A stretch of DNA of 64,000 bases from Comamonadaceae bacterium (GCA_014190675.1 BJGT01000005.1:2466-66465), one strand, 5' to 3'. Shown: positions 45,581 to 55,133, counted from the first letter of the stretch. Notes: generated by a model from the letters alone, not told the origin. Numbers and translations: made by a program.

Positions 45581-46039
45581 TCACTGGGTGACGATGCGGG
45601 GCGCATCGGCGGCGGCCTGCTGTTGCTGCTGCTCATACATGGCCTGAAAATTAATTTCGGACAAGTGCACCGGCGGAAAACCACCGCGCTGTATCAGGTC
45701 GGCCACATTGCCGCGCAAGTAGGGGTAGACGATTTGCGGGCAGGCGATGCCCATGATGTTGCTCATTTGCTCTTGGGCCAGGTTGCGAATCTCAAAAATG
45801 CCGGCCTGGGTGACCTCCACCAAAAACACAGTTTTGTCTTTGATTTTGGTTTGCACCGTGGCGGTGACGGTGACCTCAAACATGCCTTCGGCTACCGGCG
45901 CAGCGTTCACACCAAGCTGAATATCTACGGTAGGCGCCTCCTGCTCGAGCAGGATGGATGGGGAATTGGGTTGCTCCAGCGAGGCCTCCTTGAGGTACAC
46001 ACGCTGAATCTGGAAAACGGGATCGAGTTGCTCGGCCAT
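45581..46039 (-). CDS. secB: protein-export chaperone SecB
   Basis: Start at ATG comp(46037..46039): [27 protein letters not shown]...; ...[27 protein letters not shown]. 152 aa. Confidence 0.95.
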   Translation of the reverse strand: MAEQLDPVFQIQRVYLKEASLEQPNSPSILLEQEAPTVDIQLGVNAAPVAEGMFEVTVTATVQTKIKDKTVFLVEVTQAGIFEIRNLAQEQMSNIMGIACPQIVYPYLRGNVADLIQRGGFPPVHLSEINFQAMYEQQQQQAAADAPRIVTQ

Positions 46040-46186
46040 GACGGTTCTTTCTGGTCTAAATAAAACCCTTGCACAGGACTCGGAGAGAGCCGGCACTTGG
46101 GGTGCGGCCGGGATTATCTCAGCAGCCCAGGCGCCTGGGCTGCGACGCGCTTCGCCTTGAGCCCGGGGCTGCGCTGCGGGTCGGGC

Positions 46187-46450
46187 TCAGCCAGGGAGTT
46201 GCAGCAGCGGCAAGAGACCGCCTTGGCGGTCCAGCGCGATGAGATCATCGCAGCCACCAACATGGGTGTTGCCAATAAATATTTGCGGCACAGTGCGCTG
46301 TCCGGTGATGTCCATCATGTGTTGGCGCTGCCCGGGGTCGGTGTCGATGCGGATTTCCTCTATCGCCTCGACCCCCCGGGCCTTGAGCAGTTGTTTGGCC
46401 CGCACGCAATAGGGGCAGACAGCGGTGGTGTACATCTTGATGGGCGGCAT
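46187..46450 (-). CDS. grxC: glutaredoxin 3
   Basis: Start at ATG comp(46448..46450): MPPIKMYTTAVCPYCVRAKQLL (CPYC active site), TVPQIFIG, GGCDDL. 87 aa. Confidence 0.95.
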   Translation of the reverse strand: MPPIKMYTTAVCPYCVRAKQLLKARGVEAIEEIRIDTDPGQRQHMMDITGQRTVPQIFIGNTHVGGCDDLIALDRQGGLLPLLQLPG

Positions 46451-46481
46451 AGGGGTTCTTTCAGACAATTCAGGGGCCCGG

Positions 46482-46889
46482 TCAGGCTTTTTCCAGCGGT
46501 AGATTGGCACTGCGCCAAGCGCCCAGCCCACCCGAGAGTGACTGTGCCTGCTCGTAGCCGAGTTTTTTGGCAATCGCCAGGGCCCGGGCCGAGCGGGCGC
46601 CAGACTGGCAGACTAGGATCAGGGGCAGGGTTTTGTTTTTCACCACCCCAGCGAGTTTGTCTTCGAGTTGATTCAAGGGCAGGTTTTTGGCACCCACCAC
46701 ATGCCCGGCTGCGAATTCTTCGGCCTCACACACATCCACCACGACGGCTTTGTCACGGTTGATCATGTGAACGACCTGCGCCGCGCTCAGTCCGCCCCCG
46801 GCAGCGCTTTGTATCAAGGGCAAAAACAGCAAAGAGCCTGACACCAGCGCAACGCTGATCAACATCCAGTTATCAACTAAAAATTTCAC
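46482..46889 (-). CDS. rhodanese-like domain protein with N-terminal membrane anchor
   Basis: 135 aa with an N-terminal TM (LISVALVSGSLLFLPLI) and active-site loop LILVCQSGARS. Confidence 0.85.
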   Translation of the reverse strand: MKFLVDNWMLISVALVSGSLLFLPLIQSAAGGGLSAAQVVHMINRDKAVVVDVCEAEEFAAGHVVGAKNLPLNQLEDKLAGVVKNKTLPLILVCQSGARSARALAIAKKLGYEQAQSLSGGLGAWRSANLPLEKA

Positions 46890-47045
46890 GTGCTTCCTTT
46901 ATTTGGCTCGGGTGCGGCCCGGGCAGGCTGGCATTTTAGAATGTCGGCGCCGCGCCGCTTTGCGCGAGCAGTTTGCCCCCCCGCGACAGCCGGCTGTTTT
47001 CGGTCAGCCACTATCCTATTTTCCTAACTCTGCCCCAAACAGACC

Positions 47046-47789
47046 ATGTACCAACTCGTACTCATTCGCCACGGCGAATCCACCTGGAACCTGGAAAACC
47101 GGTTCACCGGCTGGACCGATGTCGACCTGACCCCGCTGGGCCTAGAGCAGGCGAAAAACGCCGGGCGGCTGCTCAAGGCTGCCGGTTTTGATTTTGATGT
47201 GGCTTACACCAGCATGCTCAAGCGCGCTACCCGCACCCTGTGGCATGTGCTCGACGAGATGGACCGCACCTGGTTGCCGGTGGTGCACAGCTGGCGGCTC
47301 AACGAGCGGCATTACGGCGCCCTGCAGGGCCTCAACAAGTCCGACATGGCCCGGCAATATGGCGAAGCCCAGGTGCTGGCCTGGCGGCGCAGCTACGACA
47401 CGCCGCCGCCAGCGCTGGATGCGGCTGATGCGCGCTGCGAACGCAGCGATGCCCGTTACGCCCGCCTGAAACCCAACCAGGTGCCACTGAGCGAGTGCCT
47501 CAAAGACACGGTGGACCGGGTCATGCCTTTTTGGAACGAGGCGCTGGCACCGGCGCTCAAAAGCGGTCGCCGGCTGGTACTGGCGGCCCATGGCAACTCA
47601 ATCCGCGCGCTGGTCAAGTACCTTGACGGCATCTCCGAGCAGGACATCGTCGGCCTGAACATACCCAACGGAATACCGCTGGTGTATGAACTCGACGCCG
47701 CGCTCAAGCCACTGGGCCACCGGTATCTGGGGGACGCTGAGGCCCTGGCCAAGGCCACGGCGGCAGTCGCCCGGCAGGGCCGGGCCTAA
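47046..47789 (+). CDS. gpmA: 2,3-bisphosphoglycerate-dependent phosphoglycerate mutase
   Basis: [28 protein letters not shown] (RHGE catalytic His), ...[11 protein letters not shown]..., [10 protein letters not shown]. Confidence 0.97.
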   Translation: MYQLVLIRHGESTWNLENRFTGWTDVDLTPLGLEQAKNAGRLLKAAGFDFDVAYTSMLKRATRTLWHVLDEMDRTWLPVVHSWRLNERHYGALQGLNKSDMARQYGEAQVLAWRRSYDTPPPALDAADARCERSDARYARLKPNQVPLSECLKDTVDRVMPFWNEALAPALKSGRRLVLAAHGNSIRALVKYLDGISEQDIVGLNIPNGIPLVYELDAALKPLGHRYLGDAEALAKATAAVARQGRA

Positions 47790-47856
47790 GGAAATTGGGA
47801 ACTTCAGGCGACCAGTGCCGTCCAAGCGTGTATATTGAGCATCCAAAGGAAAATCT

Positions 47857-49329
47857 ATGGGCCAAAAACTGAAAACAACCGGCTGGGTGGCACTTGGCGT
47901 GATGGCCGGGGCGCTGACCACCGTCTCTCTGCAGACCGTGGCGCGCGGCACCCTTGCACCACTGCCGCTCGAGGAGTTGCAGCAACTTGCGGCTGTTTTT
48001 GGCATGGTCAAGAGCAATTACGTCGAAGCGGTGGACGATAAAAAACTGATCACCGATGCCATCGTGGGCATGGTCTCCAGCCTAGACCCCCACTCCCAGT
48101 ACCTGGACAAAAAATCACTCAAAGAGTTCAACGAGGGAACCACCGGCAAATTTGTCGGTGTCGGCATTGAAATAGCGATGGAAGAGGGCTTGGTCAAGGT
48201 CGTCTCGCCCATCGAGGGCTCACCAGCCTTTCGCGCCGGGCTCAAGTCGGGCGACCTGATCAGCAAGATTGACGACACACCAGTCAAAGGCCTGACCCTC
48301 AACGAGGCGGTCAAACGCATGCGGGGCGAGCCCAACACCAAAGTGCTGCTGATGATCTCGCGGAAATCAGAGAATCGCAGCTTCCCGGTCACCATCACGC
48401 GAGATGAAATTCGCACGCAGTCGGTGCGCGGCAAGCTCTTGGAGCCGGGCTATGGCTGGATTCGGGTCAGCCAGTTTCAGGAGCGAACAGTCGAAGATTT
48501 TGCCCGCAAGGCAGAGGAAATTTACAAGGAAGACCCGCAACTCAAGGGCCTGGTGCTTGATCTTCGTAATGACCCAGGTGGCTACCTTGATGCAGCCGTA
48601 GCGCTGTCGGCTGCCTTTTTGCCAGAGAACGTCATCGTGGTGTCTGCCAACGGGCAGCTCGCCGAAAGCAAATTCACCTACAAAGCAGCGCCCGAGTTCT
48701 ACCAACGCCGCGGCGGAGCTGACCCGCTGAGACGTCTCAACGATGTCACCAAGGGCATCTACAAGCGCCTGCCGCTGGTGGTTCTGGTCAATGAGGGCTC
48801 GGCCTCGGCCAGCGAAATCGTCGCTGGCGCACTGCAAGACCACAAGCGCGCCACCCTGATGGGAAACCAGACCTTCGGCAAGGGCTCGGTGCAAACTGCG
48901 GTCTGCCTTGACTCGTCTTTCCGCATGGACAACTGCCCCAGTGCTGCGCTCAAGCTCACCACCAGCCGCTACTACACGCCTAGCGGCAAATCGATACAGG
49001 CCAAGGGAATCGTGCCAGACATCATGGTCGATGAAACCGAAGAGGGCAATTTGTTTTCGGCGCTGCGTACCCGTGAGGCCGACCTGGAAAAACACCTGGG
49101 CAGTGGGCAGGGCGCTGAAGTGAAAGACGCCGCCCGAGAAAAGGCTCGCGAAGACGCCCGTAAAAAGCTCGAAGATGAAATGAAAAAACCGGTAGCCGAT
49201 CGCAAGCTTCCAGAATACGGCTCCGACAAAGATTTCCCACTGCTCCAGGCTGTCAACCAGCTCAAAGGGCGTCCGGTCATGGTCAGCAAGACGCTGATTG
49301 AACGCAAGGAAGAGAAAAAAGAAAACTGA
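47857..49329 (+). CDS. S41 family carboxy-terminal processing peptidase
   Basis: 490 aa with a PDZ segment (GVGIEIAMEEGLVKVVSPIEGSPAFRAGLKSGDLI), S41 catalytic region (LVNEGSASASEIVAGALQD) and a Lys/Glu-rich tail. Confidence 0.9.
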   Translation: MGQKLKTTGWVALGVMAGALTTVSLQTVARGTLAPLPLEELQQLAAVFGMVKSNYVEAVDDKKLITDAIVGMVSSLDPHSQYLDKKSLKEFNEGTTGKFVGVGIEIAMEEGLVKVVSPIEGSPAFRAGLKSGDLISKIDDTPVKGLTLNEAVKRMRGEPNTKVLLMISRKSENRSFPVTITRDEIRTQSVRGKLLEPGYGWIRVSQFQERTVEDFARKAEEIYKEDPQLKGLVLDLRNDPGGYLDAAVALSAAFLPENVIVVSANGQLAESKFTYKAAPEFYQRRGGADPLRRLNDVTKGIYKRLPLVVLVNEGSASASEIVAGALQDHKRATLMGNQTFGKGSVQTAVCLDSSFRMDNCPSAALKLTTSRYYTPSGKSIQAKGIVPDIMVDETEEGNLFSALRTREADLEKHLGSGQGAEVKDAAREKAREDARKKLEDEMKKPVADRKLPEYGSDKDFPLLQAVNQLKGRPVMVSKTLIERKEEKKEN

Positions 49330-49335
49330 TCGGCC

Positions 49336-50100
49336 ATGACCGACGACCAGCTGCTGCGCTATTCGCGCCACATCCTGCTCGACGAGATCGGCATTGAAGG
49401 GCAGGAACGCATTCTGGCCAGCCGGGTATTGATGGTGGGCGCTGGCGGGCTGGGCTCAGCTGCCGCACTCTATCTGGGCTGTGCGGGCGTGGGCCACCTC
49501 ACCGTGGTAGACCACGATAGCGTTGACCTCACCAACCTGCAACGCCAGATTGCCCACACCACGCAGCGGGTCGGGCAGCCCAAAGCCAGCTCGGTTCAAG
49601 TCGCCATTGCCGGGCTCAACCCTGAGGTGGTGGTCACACCGGTCGAGCTGCGCGCTGACGCCGCACTGCTCGAAGCGCTGTTGGCGCACCATGATGTGGT
49701 GCTCGACTGCAGCGACAATTTCGCCACGCGCCATGCCATCAACGCCGCCAGCGTGTCTCAGTGCAAGCCACTGGTATCTGGCGCAGCGATTCGCTTTGAC
49801 GGCCAGATCACCGTTTATGACCCCCGGGACGATGCCTCACCCTGCTACGCCTGCCTGTTTCCCCCCGAGGCGGACTTTGAAGAAACCCAATGCGCCACCA
49901 TGGGTGTGTTCGCGCCACTAGTAGGCATCATTGGCACCATGCAGGCAGCCGAGGCCTTGAAGCTCATCAGCGGCGCCGCACCGGCACTGAGCGGGCGCCT
50001 TTTGATGCTTGATGGGCGCGCCATGGCTTGGACCGAAGTTCGACTGCCTCGCAACCCCGCCTGCCCGGTGTGTAAAAAGCCCGATTCGCACAGCCGATAG
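49336..50100 (+). CDS. moeB: molybdopterin-synthase adenylyltransferase MoeB / ThiF family
   Basis: RYSRHILLDEIGIEGQERI, VGAGGLGS nucleotide loop, and CxxC pairs (CYACLF, CPVC). 254 aa. Confidence 0.85.
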   Translation: MTDDQLLRYSRHILLDEIGIEGQERILASRVLMVGAGGLGSAAALYLGCAGVGHLTVVDHDSVDLTNLQRQIAHTTQRVGQPKASSVQVAIAGLNPEVVVTPVELRADAALLEALLAHHDVVLDCSDNFATRHAINAASVSQCKPLVSGAAIRFDGQITVYDPRDDASPCYACLFPPEADFEETQCATMGVFAPLVGIIGTMQAAEALKLISGAAPALSGRLLMLDGRAMAWTEVRLPRNPACPVCKKPDSHSR

Positions 50101-50106
50101 GCCCGC

Positions 50107-51015
50107 GTGGTGTCGTACCGCTTGCCTTGGTATCAGCATGCACAGCGCCAAAACATGCTGTTAAACTTTACGCAAGCAAGACTGCGATGCGTCCATCCAC
50201 CCCCCCCAAACCGGCCGTCGCTGTGGCCCGGTCTCATGATTAACCCGGCTGATCTGCGCCTTGAAGGGGCGCTTGCGCTGCTTGAGCATGATCGGTCGGC
50301 TTGCCTGCCGGATGCGGCTAAATCTGCGACGGCTTTTCTGCAAAGCGTGATCGACAGCCTGTGTGAACTGTCCCTGACCGACGCATTGACCGGTTTGGCT
50401 AATCGACGCCATTTCCGCAATGTCTTGAGCCGAGAAATCGATGTTGTGGCCCGCTCAGGTGACTCGGCACTTCTGTTGATGCTCGACATCGACCACTTCA
50501 AACAAATCAACGATGTCCATGGCCATTCGGTTGGTGACAAAGTGATACAGGCGATCGCCCGCTGCCTGAGCAGTTGTGTGCGGCCAATGGATACTGTGGC
50601 CCGCTATGGCGGAGAAGAGTTCGCTGTGATTCTGCCCTGCTGCCAAACTTTGTACGGTCAAATCGTAGCCGAACGCATTCGTCAAAGTGTGGCGGCTTTG
50701 CGCATCGAGGCCTCTGATGACCTGGAGCTGAATGTCACCATCAGCATTGGCGGCGCTTTTGCGCCTGAGTGGGGTCGATCCACCGCGGCGCTGTGGATCG
50801 ACCTGGCCGATGCCCAGCTCTACTGTGCTAAAACCGAAGGGCGAAACCGAGTCATGCTGGATGCAGCACAGGAAATTTCTGTCAGCGCTGAAGAAAAAAG
50901 CCTGTTGTTTGGCCACCTGAACCAAAGAGACGGCGCATGCCCGGAAAGAAACAATAATGACACACCGGCCAAGACTTCAACGGCAATCCAACGAACCGGG
51001 CCCCTTAGCCATTAG
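50107..51015 (+). CDS. GGDEF-domain diguanylate cyclase
   Basis: LTGLANRRHF, active-site GGEEF, and an RxxD I-site (RPMD) five residues upstream. Only a short, unassigned N-terminal region. The true start may be ATG 50155 or ATG 50236. Confidence 0.85.
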   Translation: MVSYRLPWYQHAQRQNMLLNFTQARLRCVHPPPPNRPSLWPGLMINPADLRLEGALALLEHDRSACLPDAAKSATAFLQSVIDSLCELSLTDALTGLANRRHFRNVLSREIDVVARSGDSALLLMLDIDHFKQINDVHGHSVGDKVIQAIARCLSSCVRPMDTVARYGGEEFAVILPCCQTLYGQIVAERIRQSVAALRIEASDDLELNVTISIGGAFAPEWGRSTAALWIDLADAQLYCAKTEGRNRVMLDAAQEISVSAEEKSLLFGHLNQRDGACPERNNNDTPAKTSTAIQRTGPLSH

Positions 51016-51045
51016 ATACTCGGCGTCAGCCATTAGCCACCACCC

Positions 51046-51873
51046 ATGACCGAACTTATCACCCCTCCCGGCGATGCCGACGCCACGGCAAAGAGCCCCC
51101 CTGTAGCGGTGGGACGGGTCGTGGCCATCACCAGTGGCAAAGGCGGGGTTGGTAAAACCTTTGTATCGGCCAATCTGGCAGCGGCCTTGGCCAAACGGGG
51201 CAGGCGGGTGCTGGTGCTTGATGCAGACCTCGGCTTGGCCAACCTAGATGTGGTCCTGAACCTCTATCCCAAAATCACGCTGCACGATGTGTTTGTGGGC
51301 AAGGCGCGGATTGAAGAGGCTATTGTGCAGGCCCCTGGCGGTTTTTCAGTGTTGCTGGCGGGCTCGGGACTGGTGGAATATTCGCGACTCAGCCCCGAGG
51401 TCAGGCAGGATTTTTTGCGCATCATGGCCGGCCTCACCCCTAACTACGACATCGTGCTGCTCGACACCGGAGCCGGCATTTCCGATGTTGTTTTATTCGC
51501 TGTGTCGCTCGCCTCCGAGGTGCTGGTGGTGGCCACGCCAGAGCCGACCGCGCTGACCGATGCCTATGCCATCATCAAGGTGCTGGCTGGCCAACAAAAA
51601 CGCCAGGCCATCAGGCTTGTGGTGAACCAAACCGCGCGCCTAGGTGATGGCCGGGCCATCACCGCGCAACTGCAGCAGGTGGTTGATCGTTTTGTCCCAA
51701 AACAGCCGGGGCAGCCGCTGCGGCTCGTGCACATGGGCGACATACCCGCCGACCCACAGGTCCGACAAGCCATCATGCGGCGCCAGTTGCTGCTGCAGTC
51801 CATGCCGGGTTGCCCGGCCGCCCTGGCGATTGCGCAACTCGCGGCCAAACTGCAAGAAGCCGTCATGCGCTGA
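51046..51873 (+). CDS. MinD/ParA family ATPase (FlhG/FleN-like)
   Basis: Deviant Walker A ITSGKGGVGKTFVSANLA, LDADLGLANLDV, IVLLDTGAG. 275 aa. 30 nt downstream of the GGDEF gene, with no flagellar or division genes nearby. Confidence 0.8.
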   Translation: MTELITPPGDADATAKSPPVAVGRVVAITSGKGGVGKTFVSANLAAALAKRGRRVLVLDADLGLANLDVVLNLYPKITLHDVFVGKARIEEAIVQAPGGFSVLLAGSGLVEYSRLSPEVRQDFLRIMAGLTPNYDIVLLDTGAGISDVVLFAVSLASEVLVVATPEPTALTDAYAIIKVLAGQQKRQAIRLVVNQTARLGDGRAITAQLQQVVDRFVPKQPGQPLRLVHMGDIPADPQVRQAIMRRQLLLQSMPGCPAALAIAQLAAKLQEAVMR

Positions 51874-52741
51874 GAATCCAGCCTTCCAGCCGATCGAGCT
51901 CGGGGCGTAAACCGTACAGACTGGCGCCCTGCTCCTGCTGCCCCTGTCCCCATGCAGCCTGCATCAAACACAGCACCGCATCGAGCGCGTCGCCGCTGGC
52001 ATCGTCAATCAAGCTGTCGCGCTGGGCGTGGCTGACTTTAAGTTGCAGCCCAAGCCGGGAACGCCCTTGTTCAAGGCCATGCACCAGGTCTTTGCGAGCG
52101 ATCAGACGCTCTGGCGTTTGGCGCGCCCTCGCATCGCTTTTATAGCTGCGCTGCCCAAGTAATTCGCGCGCCAGCAGCCCCGGGTAGGCCTCCAAGGCCA
52201 GGCGCCTGGGCAGCCCGTCGGCGCAGGGAGCCGCTGGATCGCCCTGGCTCAGGCCGGGCAGGAACACGCCGGCACTGATCAGGCGAGGCACACCAGCATG
52301 CAGCATGTAAGCCACTGGCGGGTTGACCCACTTCATGGAGGGGCTGGAGCCCGCCAACCGGTCGGTGGCCCGGTGAGCAAACTTGCCCCCCGGCGGTCGC
52401 GGCGCGCAAAACCCAACAAACTGGCTTCGAATTTCGGCCCGGCTGAGGCTGGCGTAATGCTGCATGCAGTCTGCCCACTGAAGCGGCCAACCCAAGGTTT
52501 CAACCAGCTCGCGTGGCAGGCCAAAGGGTAAATCAAAAGCCCCGAGCCAGGCCCGTGGCTGTACCAGCCAATCGGCAAATGCATCCAGCGATTCGAGCCG
52601 CTCCAGCCCGCTAAGTTGTACCCGGCGGCCCAGTTTTTGGCCAAGCGCCATCACGATAGGCTTCTTAGGGCTGGGGCTGCTGGAGAAATCACAGCCCACC
52701 AGCAGCGCGCTGCCGCCGGGTTGGGGCCCAGCCTCAGGCAC
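51863..52741 (-). CDS. DUF429 domain-containing protein (function unknown)
   Basis: 292 aa. ALLVGCDFSS N-terminal acidic block, ...HRATD..., EAYPG..., and a C-terminal DDASGDALDAVLCLMQAAWG fit the DUF429 pattern as I remember it. GTG start overlaps the BLUF stop by 8 nt. Confidence 0.65.
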   Translation of the reverse strand: MPEAGPQPGGSALLVGCDFSSSPSPKKPIVMALGQKLGRRVQLSGLERLESLDAFADWLVQPRAWLGAFDLPFGLPRELVETLGWPLQWADCMQHYASLSRAEIRSQFVGFCAPRPPGGKFAHRATDRLAGSSPSMKWVNPPVAYMLHAGVPRLISAGVFLPGLSQGDPAAPCADGLPRRLALEAYPGLLARELLGQRSYKSDARARQTPERLIARKDLVHGLEQGRSRLGLQLKVSHAQRDSLIDDASGDALDAVLCLMQAAWGQGQQEQGASLYGLRPELDRLEGWILSA

Positions 52742-53156
52742 GCCCGATGATGCTGGCAGTGGCCATCAGTTCTTCAAGCAGCGCCAAGGACACCTTGCCC
52801 GACACCGAATAGGGGTCGAGCTCGGGCTTTTCGGCGTACTTGAGCAAGATGGAGGCGTTGATGCGCGAGGTGTCTACCTGTCCCATGGTCCAGCCGCCAA
52901 AACGGCGCTCAGAAATCTCTTCATAGTGCAGCAGTACCACATCGGCATGACGGACATCTTTTTGTATGTGGCCGTACAAGGCGCTGATTGACATCCGACC
53001 GCCCTCGATGGCTTGCAGGAATATGCCGCCTCCGTAGCAAAGAATGCCGGTGATGCCGCTCTCTGGGTTGTGTAAACGTGACTGCGTCAAGATCGCATTA
53101 ATCGCCTCGGGACTGGTATCAACCGCTCGACTGGCATACAAAAGGCGTACTAACAT
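52734..53156 (-). CDS. stand-alone BLUF (blue-light sensing using FAD) domain protein
   Basis: 140 aa. MLVRLLYASRA (photoactive Tyr), ITGILCYGGGIFLQAIEG (Gln), FGGWTMGQV (Trp/Met). ATG lies 3 nt after the folE stop. Confidence 0.85.
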   Translation of the reverse strand: MLVRLLYASRAVDTSPEAINAILTQSRLHNPESGITGILCYGGGIFLQAIEGGRMSISALYGHIQKDVRHADVVLLHYEEISERRFGGWTMGQVDTSRINASILLKYAEKPELDPYSVSGKVSLALLEELMATASIIGRA

Positions 53157-53159
53157 GGC

Positions 53160-53885
53160 TTAGCTCTTTCTGGGAATTAAAGACAAAAATTCCCGACGCA
53201 GGTTGGCGTCTTTGAGAAAACTGCCACGCATCACCGAGTTGATCATCTTGCTGTCCACATCCTTGACGCCGCGCCAGCCCATGCAGAAATGGCTGGCCTC
53301 CATGACGATGGCCAGGCCATCCGGCTGTGTTTTTTGCTGAATCAGGTCGGCAAGCTGCACCACGGCTTCCTCCTGTATCTGCGGCCGGCCCATCACCCAC
53401 TCGGCCAGCCGGGCATATTTGGACAGGCCAATGACATTGGTGTGTTCGTTGGGCAAAACACCAATCCAGATGACACCAATGACCGGACAGAGGTGGTGGC
53501 TGCATGCACTGCGCACGGTGATCGGCCCGACGATCATCAACTCATTGAGGTGCTCGGCGTTGGGGAATTCAGTGACCGTAGGGCCTTTGACGTAACGGCC
53601 TTTGAACACCTCAGTGAGGTACATCTTGGCGACCCGACGCGCAGTTTGTCCGGTGTTGTGGTCGTTGTCGGTGTCAATCACCAGGCTGGTGAGCACGCCC
53701 TGCATCTTGCTCTGAACTTCGTCAAGCAAGCGGTCAAGTTCTCCGGGCTCTATGAAATCGGCGATATTGTCATTGGCATGGAAGCGCTTACGGGCGGCCA
53801 CAATGCGCTCGCGGATTTTTACGGAGACTGGTGTTCCTTCATCAACATCGGACTGAGTCATTGTGTTTTTGGCTGGCATCAACAT
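53160..53885 (-). CDS. folE: GTP cyclohydrolase I (FolE type)
   Basis: Colinear with E. coli FolE: TARRVAKMYLTEVFKG, ITVRSACSHHLCPV, VIGLSKYARLAEWVMGRPQIQEE, EASHFCMGWRG. The CEHH motif reads CSHH. Confidence 0.8.
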   Translation of the reverse strand: MLMPAKNTMTQSDVDEGTPVSVKIRERIVAARKRFHANDNIADFIEPGELDRLLDEVQSKMQGVLTSLVIDTDNDHNTGQTARRVAKMYLTEVFKGRYVKGPTVTEFPNAEHLNELMIVGPITVRSACSHHLCPVIGVIWIGVLPNEHTNVIGLSKYARLAEWVMGRPQIQEEAVVQLADLIQQKTQPDGLAIVMEASHFCMGWRGVKDVDSKMINSVMRGSFLKDANLRREFLSLIPRKS

Positions 53886-53960
53886 TTGCTGATGCTAACA
53901 GCCTTCGCCTGCTCTGGGCCAGTCGGCCGAATGGCCCCTGCGGCGCGCTGATCCCTGCAC

Positions 53961-55133
53961 TCAGTAGCGCTTGCCGGTCAAAAACAAAGCCAGGCGCATC
54001 AAACCGAAGGCCAGGCGGTCCAGCAAGCCTTGGCGCCAGGGCCGATCGGCATAGCTCGCCGGGTCCACCGCCACGCCGCCTTGCTCAATTGCCTGCTCCA
54101 GACGGCTGCGCAGGTCCAGGGCAAAAACCGGGTCTGTGGTGACTAAATTGGCCTCGCGGGCGAGCAGCAGGCTCAAAGGATCGAGGTTCGATGAGCCCAC
54201 GGTGGCCCAGCATTGGTCAACGACAGCGACCTTGGCATGTAAAAAACTAGGCGAGTATTCATAAATTTCAATACCGGCGGCCAGCAGCGCTCCGTAAACC
54301 GGCCGCGCAGCATGGTACTGCATGAAGTATTCATACCGCCCTTGCAGCAGCAAGCGCACCCGTACGCCGCGATGCGCCGCATGAATCAGGCTTTGGCGCA
54401 GCTTGCGTCCGGGCAGAAAATAAGCATTGGCAATGATGATGTCTTGGTTCGCCTCACCAATGGCCCGGCGGTAGGCGCGTTCAATGCGCGTGCGGTGAAG
54501 CAGGTTGTCACGCAGCACCAGGGCGGCCCGGGCGCCGGCCGGCCGGGCCAGTGCTGCGGGCTGCGGCATGGCCTGTGCCTGCGGCCTCGGTGCCGTTGGG
54601 GCTGGGCGCAGCATCGGCAGCCGCGACCAGAATTGCGTCAACAGGGTCTGGGCTTCTTGCACCAAGGGCCCGCGCACCCGCACCACAAAATCAAGACGCG
54701 GCAGGCTTAGCAGGCCATGGTTGGGGTCAAAAAAATCATCGAGCAGGTTGATTCCGCCACAAAATGCCAGTCGTCCGTCGACTACGCACAGCTTGCGGTG
54801 TAGCCGGCGCCAACGGCTCGGGATCAGCAGGCCAAGCCGGCCCATCGGGGCAAAAATATGCCAGGCCACACCAGCGCGCTCGAAACGGCGGCACCACTGC
54901 GGCTCCAGTGTCGGGGTGCCAACCCCGTCCATCACCAGGTAAACTGCCACCCCTCGCGCAGCAGCCCGCTCCAAGGCTTCTGCCACCAGGGCGCTGCTGT
55001 GCAGAGTGTTGAAAATATAGGTTTCTATGCGCACTTCCTGCACACTGCTGTCGATCGCTTCGATCAGGGCGGGAAAAAAGTCCTGTCCGCCTTGCAGCAA
55101 CTCTAGTTGGTGACCAAGCTGAAGCGCCGCCAT
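53961..55133 (-). CDS. phospholipase D family protein / cardiolipin synthase ClsB-like
   Basis: Two HKD motifs (HRKLCVVDG and LHAKVAVVD). 390 aa. Confidence 0.85.
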   Translation of the reverse strand: MAALQLGHQLELLQGGQDFFPALIEAIDSSVQEVRIETYIFNTLHSSALVAEALERAAARGVAVYLVMDGVGTPTLEPQWCRRFERAGVAWHIFAPMGRLGLLIPSRWRRLHRKLCVVDGRLAFCGGINLLDDFFDPNHGLLSLPRLDFVVRVRGPLVQEAQTLLTQFWSRLPMLRPAPTAPRPQAQAMPQPAALARPAGARAALVLRDNLLHRTRIERAYRRAIGEANQDIIIANAYFLPGRKLRQSLIHAAHRGVRVRLLLQGRYEYFMQYHAARPVYGALLAAGIEIYEYSPSFLHAKVAVVDQCWATVGSSNLDPLSLLLAREANLVTTDPVFALDLRSRLEQAIEQGGVAVDPASYADRPWRQGLLDRLAFGLMRLALFLTGKRY

